From NCBI GenBank assembly GCA_964016885.1, contig OZ024748.1, forward strand, positions 27,652,001 through 27,716,000: a DNA stretch of 64,000 nt, written 5' to 3'. This DNA comes from Eledone cirrhosa. Its lineage: Eukaryota. The position numbers and the translations under genes are program-made. The stretch's first letter is position 1; each line of letters begins with the position of its first letter. Shown here piece by piece: positions 57,005-64,000 of this stretch. The notes below the pieces were generated by a model that was given only the letters and a program-made list of their open reading frames with translations, had not been told where the DNA came from and did no database searches.

Positions 57005-57729
57005 GGAGCTGGTGCAGTAATGTGCCACCTTCACCACTCGGTAATCAGAAGGGAAGTAGGTGTAAAAGCCAACCACGTTATCTTCAATTCGGTGTTCGTG
57101 CCAACCCTTACCTATGGTCATGAATCTTGGGTAATGACCGAAAGAATACGATCGCAAATAGAAGCAGCCGAAATGGGGTTCTTCCAAAGGGTCTTTTGAG
57201 CAACGTTACTCGATACAGTGCATAGCTCGGGGATCAGAGAGTTGCTCCAGGTAGAGCCATTATTTCTCCGAATTGAGATATCACAATTCCGATACTATGG
57301 GCATGTGGTTAGAATGCCCCAGGAAAGAATTGTTGGACAGATTTTAGCGGCAAAACCAACCGGAAAGAGACCCAGGGGTAGACCCGAGCAAAATGATTGG
57401 ATAACATCCACGAGCTCGGCTTGTCTCGCTTAGGGATCCAGTCGAATCAGTTAGAGACGGTTGCTTCTGACAGGACCTTCTGGAAGGAGTGTGTGAGGAC
57501 TCTGCCCCCATCACCCTCTCAGGAATAAGTGGGAGAAGAAGAAGAAGAAGAAGAAGAAGAAGAAGAAGAAGAAGAAGAAGAAGAAGAAAAAGAAGAAGAA
57601 GAAGAAGAAGAAGAAGAAGAAGAAGAAAAAGAAAAAGAAGAAGAAGAAGAAGAAGAAGAAGAAGAAGAAGAAGAAGAAGAAGAAGAAGAAGAAGAAAGAA
57701 GAAGAAGAAGAAGAAGAAGAAGAAGAAGA
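57005..57729 (+). mobile_element. 5'-truncated RTE-clade (Rex3/Expander-like) LINE with (GAA)n 3' tail; disrupted
   Basis: Translation AGAVM...IFNSVFVPTLTYGHESWVMTERIRSQIEAAEMGFFQRVF*...FRYYGHVVRMPQERIV...GKRPRGRP, then a frameshift, then DRTFWKECV..PSQE*. (GAA)n at 57535-57729. Confidence 0.9.
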
Positions 57730-58239
57730 TATCATTTTACTTGCATAATTGTCTATATCGTGGTTTCACCATACTTACGAATGCTAGTTAATTAGGTAAT
57801 TAGTTAATTAGCAAATAAGAGTCATATGGATCTTTAATGCACTAGTTTTAAGATAACCTCTTCAAGAAAACCTCTAATTTTTTTTCTTGTGTAGGAAATA
57901 ACGTCTAGATTGGAGAGCTATTACAGCTAAACGGAAAACGTAATGTTATGAACTGCACGTGGTTTAGCTATAGTTATTCAATATAAAGATAAATAGCTAT
58001 TAATGAGAAGACATATGAAGCTAGAAACAGTTTACAAAAATCCTCAAAGAAATTTAACAACTCAACCTGAAATAATTTTAATTAACTAAAAACGGGTAGC
58101 AACATTATAATATGATTTATACAGGCTAAAATCCGTATTTTGCAGAGCTCATTATTTATTCAAAATTTCATTTAGGTACACTACTTAACTATATTACTAT
58201 TAAGATTAAGAACATAGCAATTAATATATATATACACAT

Positions 58240-59244
58240 ATATATATAGCTTAAAATGGAGTGGGAATAAGAAGAAAGCAAGAACAGGAGTTTTCCTCAT
58301 CAGTTGTCTACTGGGGGTCTCGAATATTTCTACGCTTTAAAGACAAGATATCTACCGCCCAGAGCGTCAATAACTGGATAAGTTATTGGGAAAACGGAGG
58401 AGGGGGGGGGGGAGAAAAGGGAAGAAAAGAGAAAACAGTGAAAAGACAGCGAAAAAACCCCCCAACAAACCGAGCAATGTGCGAGCAACTTAAGGTAAGA
58501 AAATACAAGACCACACGATGAGAGATCTTAAGTTCAAGACTGTGTGGGCGAAAGAAAAGACACACGTCTGACCCCAGCAGTTGTAAGTGAGAAAAGGACT
58601 ACTAGAGGGTTATCTTGTTTTCGCTGTGACCATTCTTCTCTCCCCTTCTACCTACCTATTTCGCTACTATCTACTCTAACCCCTCTTTCTTCCTCTCCCC
58701 TTTTCCCTCTCACTTTCACTCATCCTCTCTACCAGTCTTCTCTCCCCCTCTACCTACCTATTTCGTTACTATCTACTCTTCCCCCTCTTTCTTCCTCTCC
58801 CTTTCTCCCTCCCACTTTCACTCATCCTCTCTCTGCTTGCCACCTCATTGTTTCCCTCGCCTGACCCTCTAGTAGTCCTTTTCTCACTTACAACTGCTGG
58901 GGTCAGACGTGTGTCTTTTCTCTCGCCCACACAGTCTTGAACTTAAGCTCTCTCATCGTGTGGTCTTGGATTTTCTTACCTTAAGCTGCTCGCACATTGC
59001 TCAGTTTGTTGTTTTTTGTCGCTCTTTTTTTACTGTTTTCTCTTTTCTTCCCCTTTGCTTTCCTTCTCTCCCTCCTCCGTTTTCCCAATAACTTACACAG
59101 TTATTGACGCTCTGGGCGGTAGATATCTTGTTTTTAAAGCGTAGAAATATCCGAGACCCCCAGTAGACAACTGATGAGGAAAACTCCCCCCTCCCCGTTC
59201 TTGCTTTCTTCTTATTCCCATTCCATTTTAAGCTATATATATAT
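58240..59244. mobile_element. ~1-kb fold-back element in (TA)n: ~370-bp inverted arms around a 253-bp spacer
   Basis: 58240-58610 is the reverse complement of 58864-59244, with scattered substitutions and indels. The spacer holds a ~97-bp direct repeat (58634-58730 / 58736-58832). The arms contain GACAACTGATGAGG. Confidence 0.85.
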
Positions 59245-59246
59245 AA

Positions 59247-59634
59247 GCACCCAACCTAAAGAAACTGCTTACCAAGGCAAAATTTACGTCTAATAATGAA
59301 GCAATGTAAGTTAAGAAATGCGGAACTTGCGAACACATTGAAGAGGGTGGACAAATCTCCTTTAAAAACAACCACTCTTTCACAGTTAATGCAAGCATGA
59401 ATTGCAAATCCCAAAACTTGATTTACTGTGCAACCTGCCCACAATGTAAAGAATACTACATTGGTGAAACCAGAACGGGTTTACATGAACAACAAATTAG
59501 AGACCCCTCTGTCAGAAACACCACATGCAGTGAACACTTCACAACATGCGGAAAGGGAAAAATTCACAATTTTCCCCTTCTTTAAGATATGGTCGGACAA
59601 CGAACATTTCCGAAAATATAAAGAAGAATTCTGA
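59247..59634 (+). pseudogene. Penelope-like retroelement GIY-YIG endonuclease fragment (stop, deletions, frameshift)
   Basis: APNLKKLLTKAKF..*VKKCGTCEHI...MNCKSQNLIYCATCPQCKEYYIGETRTGL-HEQQIRD...CSEHF, then a frameshift, then FTIFPFFKI...RKYKEEF. It has LIY/YIGET GIY-YIG motifs with the CxxC...H...H signature and a PNL linker typical of PLE ORFs. Confidence 0.88.
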
Positions 59635-60069
59635 ACACAAAAAAGTGATATTCCATCTTCAAGTAATGGGATTCTCCCTCTCTCTCTTTTCTTTAAAAAA
59701 AAAATCTCATATTGAAAATGAAAAATAGAAGTTGATGACACCCGTACTTTCAAACATTCGATCGTTGAAGAGAAGAAAACCCCTCAGAGAGTCACACATC
59801 ACAACACAACCTGATCTCAGTTTGACAATCGACACCGACGAATGCGAGAAAGTTCTCCAAGAAAGTTAACCAGGAATCTTTAAAATTCTTCCCACCGAAG
59901 TTAACAAAGAGCTTACTAGATCTACCAACTCATAATATTATAATATTATAAAATTAAATCAAATTATTTAGTAAAGTCATTCTTTTCCTTGTTTTCAAAT
60001 ATATATATATATATATATATTATAAACAGATATCGCAAAGCACCCTGCCCCGATGCTTTAATAATTTCA

Positions 60070-60160
60070 TCAATCCATAGCCCCTGGACTGGTATTTTAT
60101 TTATCGACCTCAAGAGTGTTAAAGACAAAGTTCAGCTCGATGCAATTTGAACACAGAGTT
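60070..60160 (-). mobile_element. Degenerate SINE copy
   Basis: gactggtattttatttatcgacctc...aaagacaaagtt...atttgaacacaga matches the family. Confidence 0.65.
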
Positions 60161-60242
60161 TGGTTATTCGACTGAAATACCAACTCGCTGCCTTGTATAG
60201 GAAGACGATATTACATCTTATGTTAGTAGACAAATAATATGT

Positions 60243-60281
60243 AACTGAACTTTCGGGCACACATGCGACTATCTTCAGAGG
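60243..60281 (-). ncRNA. Decayed hammerhead-like motif
   Basis: Minus strand CT-CTGAAGA-tagtcgcatgtgtgccc-GAAA-GT-TC-AG. The core motifs are present but the stems are partly broken. Confidence 0.4.
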
Positions 60282-60596
60282 AGAGATTAAAGTTAGTGTA
60301 TTCATTACTATGTACTTAAAATAGGAAATGATCAACTGATGGTGTTAGGGGAGAGAAGGAAGGGGGTTCCTGGAATTATTTTTGTAAAATTGAGCAAAGA
60401 TTGGTGGTTGGATTAAGGGATGACTATAGCGTTGCGATTGTTAAAAAATTAGTGAGTTATGATTGGTTGTTGTGTAGTAGATAGGTGTGGTCAAACTAAG
60501 AAATGTCAGTTTGATGTCTCTATTTATTTATTTATTTTTTAAAAATTGGATATTTCAATACTTTGATAAAATTGATCTTCGGAGAAATATTTTCCC

Positions 60597-60632
<36 letters not shown>

Positions 60633-60933
60633 GTATATATATATGTGAGTGTGTGTGAGTATTCAAATATATGATATATATACTAATACACATTAATTGG
60701 CTGTCTAAATAGATATATAAAATATAGCCACCTCGTATCTTATCAGTGTTGGTTTATTTAATTGGTTATTAACCAGAGTTTGTAGTTAAAATTCGATTTC
60801 TTTTATTAATTGGCAAGTATTTGCTTGGTAGTTTTTGTGCAATGAACATTGCACGCTTTTAGTATTTATTAAATCTTTGCTAATTATTGATATGTTGAAA
60901 CTAGCAGATTTAGAGGAACCAACTAGAAACCTT

Positions 60934-60934
60934 A

Positions 60935-61020
<86 letters not shown>

Positions 61021-61153
61021 TATATGTATATATATATATAAATATATGTATATATGTATATATATATAAATATATGTATATATGTATATACATATATATA
61101 TATAAGTATATATGTATATATATATATATATATAAATATATGTTTATATGTAT

Positions 61154-61195
<42 letters not shown>

Positions 61196-61220
61196 TATAT
61201 ACATATATATACATATATAT

Positions 61221-61271
<51 letters not shown>

Positions 61272-61275
61272 TATT
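60934..61275. repeat. Degenerate (TA)n microsatellite
   Basis: Direct reading. Confidence 0.95.
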
Positions 61276-61530
61276 AAAATAACAGATTAAAGTTTATATA
61301 TATATATCTGGTGTTTCTTTATCATTAATTTAAATCATTAATTTCGCTCTCTCTCTCTCGCTCTCCCTCTCTGTCTCTCTCTCACACTCTCCTTCTCACT
61401 CTCTATTTGTCTATCAGCCCCTCTCTTTCTCTCTTCAATCGCGTTTGATTAAGTGTGTGTCCAAATATATGACCTTGTTGCTCTTCTTTCTTGCTTTTGC
61501 GCGGGAGTGGTGATGGTGATGATACAATAA

Positions 61531-61613
<83 letters not shown>

Positions 61614-61646
61614 CACACACACATACACACACATATATATATATAT

Positions 61647-62060
61647 ATATATTGAAAGGATAACAAGGACGATTGGTTACTCCTTCATTACATTTATTGG
61701 TAGGTGACGCGCGTTTCGCCACTGATCAGCTCAAGGTTCGATCTGTATCGATCTTGCCCGACTCTATAATCGGCAGCTCGACGGACCCTTTAAAATGCTT
61801 TTTTTTTCTACTAGCATTTTAAAGGGTCCGTCGAGCTGCCGATTATAGAGTCGGGTAAGATCGATACAGATCGAACCTTGAGCTGATCAGTGGCGAAACG
61901 CGCGTCACCAACCAATAAATGTAATGAAGGAGTAACCAATCGTCCTTGTTATCCTTTCAATATATTACACTCTGTATAGCTCTACACCTCAACACTGAAG
62001 TGAACCTAGACATCGAGTGCTCACCCGGGTGAACCTGCAGTAACTCCAAGTTACAATCCC
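61647..62060 (+). mobile_element. Fold-back element in (TA)n: 153-bp arms, 13-nt loop, 95-bp tail, carrying a hammerhead-like fold
   Basis: 61647-61799 versus 61813-61965 with 2 mismatches. GGT-CCGTCGA-GCTGCCGA...TCAGTGGC-GAAAC-GCGC-GTC-ACC at 61825-61909, AATAAA at 61914-61919. The tail is homologous to the 4681 element. Confidence 0.85.
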
Positions 62061-62069
62061 TATATATAT

Positions 62070-62513
62070 ATATTGTTATACCTTGGGAGGGTCATGTTGC
62101 CAATAAGAAACACACGCACCAGTTGCTTTCACTCCAATTTATTATAAATTAAATTTATAAATTTAAGAATTTATAAATTTCCGGTTGGTTGGTTGGTTCC
62201 ATAACCGGACGGTTGTTCATATATTGTCAAAGTTCTTTCATCACACATTCTGTGACCTCTTCAGTGACTGGGGATTCTTTTCTTTGTTTTTGTGCCTCTC
62301 CTTTGTTCTGTCCTACACCATCTTGTATGGAACCAACCAACCAACCGGAAATTTATAAATTCTTAAATTTATAAATTTAATTTATAATAAATTGGAGTGA
62401 AAGCAACTGGTGCGTGCGTTTCTTATTGGCAACATGACCCTCCCAAAGTATAACAATATCGGTTTCAACACACGTTTTCAGATAAAGAATCTTGCTAAAC
62501 AAATTCAGAAACG
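62070..62513. mobile_element. Fold-back element in (TA)n: 134-bp arms, 122-bp spacer containing a hammerhead, 54-bp tail
   Basis: 62070-62203 versus 62326-62459 with 2 mismatches; flanked by (TA)n at 62061 and 62514. Confidence 0.85.
62226..62268 (-). ncRNA. Minimal type I hammerhead ribozyme
   Basis: Minus strand reads GTCA-CTGAAGA-G-GTCACA-gaatg-TGTGAT-GAAA-GAAC-TT-TGAC. Stem I is 4 bp, stem II is 6 bp with one extra G, and stem III is minimal. Confidence 0.7.
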
Positions 62514-62540
62514 ATATATATATATATATATATATATATA

Positions 62541-63164
<624 letters not shown>

Positions 63165-63255
63165 GTATATATATACATAGTCAAATATATATTCTTCCAG
63201 TTTGAAGTGTAAAAATTTATAGGTAGTAGACAAATGGATCCCCGTCGGGTTCAGC

Positions 63256-63337
63256 GATGCGTATTCCAGGTGTTCGATCAAGTGATATAACCTACTTAGT
63301 GTATTCGACAGATACCTAGACCTCTCGTGGAATTCTC
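63256..63337 (+). repeat. Second copy of the 62776-62860 segment (direct repeat, rearranged)
   Basis: gatgcgtattccag.tgttcgatcaagtgatataacctacttag...gtattcgacagatacctagacctctc occurs in both places. Confidence 0.85.
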
Positions 63338-63347
63338 ACGCAGAATA

Positions 63348-64000
63348 TGTGTGGCATTGTGCGTGTGGCATTGTGTGTGTGTGTGACATTGTGTGTGTGT
63401 GTGACATTGTGTGTGTGTGTGTCTGGCATAGTGTGTGTCTGGCATAGAGTGTGTGTGTGGAATAGTGTGTGTATGACATAGTGTGTGTATGACATAGTGT
63501 GTGTGTGTCTGACATAGAGTGTGTGTGTGTCATAGTGTGTGTGACAGCGTGTGTGTGTCTGAATTAGAGTGTGCGTGTGTCATAGTGTGTGTGTGACACA
63601 GCGTGTGTGTGTCTGACATAGAGAGTGTGTGTGTGTCATAGTGCGTGTGTGACAGCGTGTGTGTGTCTGGCATAGAGTGTGCGTGTTTCATAGTGTGTGT
63701 GTGACACAGCGTGCGTGTGTCTGACATAGAGTGTGTGTGTGTGTCATAGTGTGTGTGTGACATAGCGTGTGTGTGTCTGGCATAGAGTGTGTGTGTGACA
63801 TAGCGTGTGTGTGTCTGGCATAGAGTGTGTGTGTGACATAGCGTGTGTGTGTCTGGCATAGAGTGTGTGTGTGACATAGCGTGTGTGTGTCTGGCATAGT
63901 GTGTGTGTGTGGCATAGTGTGTGTGTGACATAGTGTGTGTGTGTCTGGCATAGAGTGTGTGTGTGGCATAATGTCTGTGTGTGGCATAGTGTGTGTGTGT
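63348..64000. repeat. TG-rich minisatellite (~18-20/38-bp units, e.g. GTGTGTCTGGCATAGAGTGTGTGTGTGACATAGC)
   Basis: Direct reading; continues off the window end. Confidence 0.93.

Noticed and set aside
57489-57795. Poly-Arg, poly-Glu and poly-Phe ORFs
   Set aside because: They are translations of the (GAA)n tail of the RTE LINE.
59165-59200. Complete hammerhead in the 1-kb fold-back arms (GACAACTGATGAGGAAAACTCC)
   Set aside because: No stem II + GAAA + stem III + stem I partner can be completed; at most a half motif.

Overview
AT-rich, extremely microsatellite-dense eukaryotic DNA. The SINE family and repeat landscape resemble a coleoid cephalopod such as Octopus, but this is inference. No conventional protein-coding gene can be called confidently, and almost all listed ORFs are translations of simple repeats. 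Two giant repeats dominate either side of a 200-N gap (23931-24130): about 11 kb of degenerate (TA/TG/CA)n and a ~29-kb G-poor 33/36/39-bp satellite. The satellite is stop-free in four of six frames and has a canonical TTTTCAG acceptor exactly at its edge on the minus strand. The flanks hold tRNA-type SINE copies, two 5'-truncated RTE-clade LINE ends, a Penelope-like GIY-YIG endonuclease pseudogene and a 48-bp minisatellite. The most notable hidden structure is a set of short (TA)n-embedded elements. They carry type I hammerhead ribozyme folds: four with intact core motifs, three of them with unusually enlarged stem II, plus degenerate copies. Most are followed by a poly(A) signal, and several share a tail motif or form long fold-back palindromes. 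This is consistent with Penelope-like pseudo-LTR or retrozyme-like elements that target TA microsatellites.
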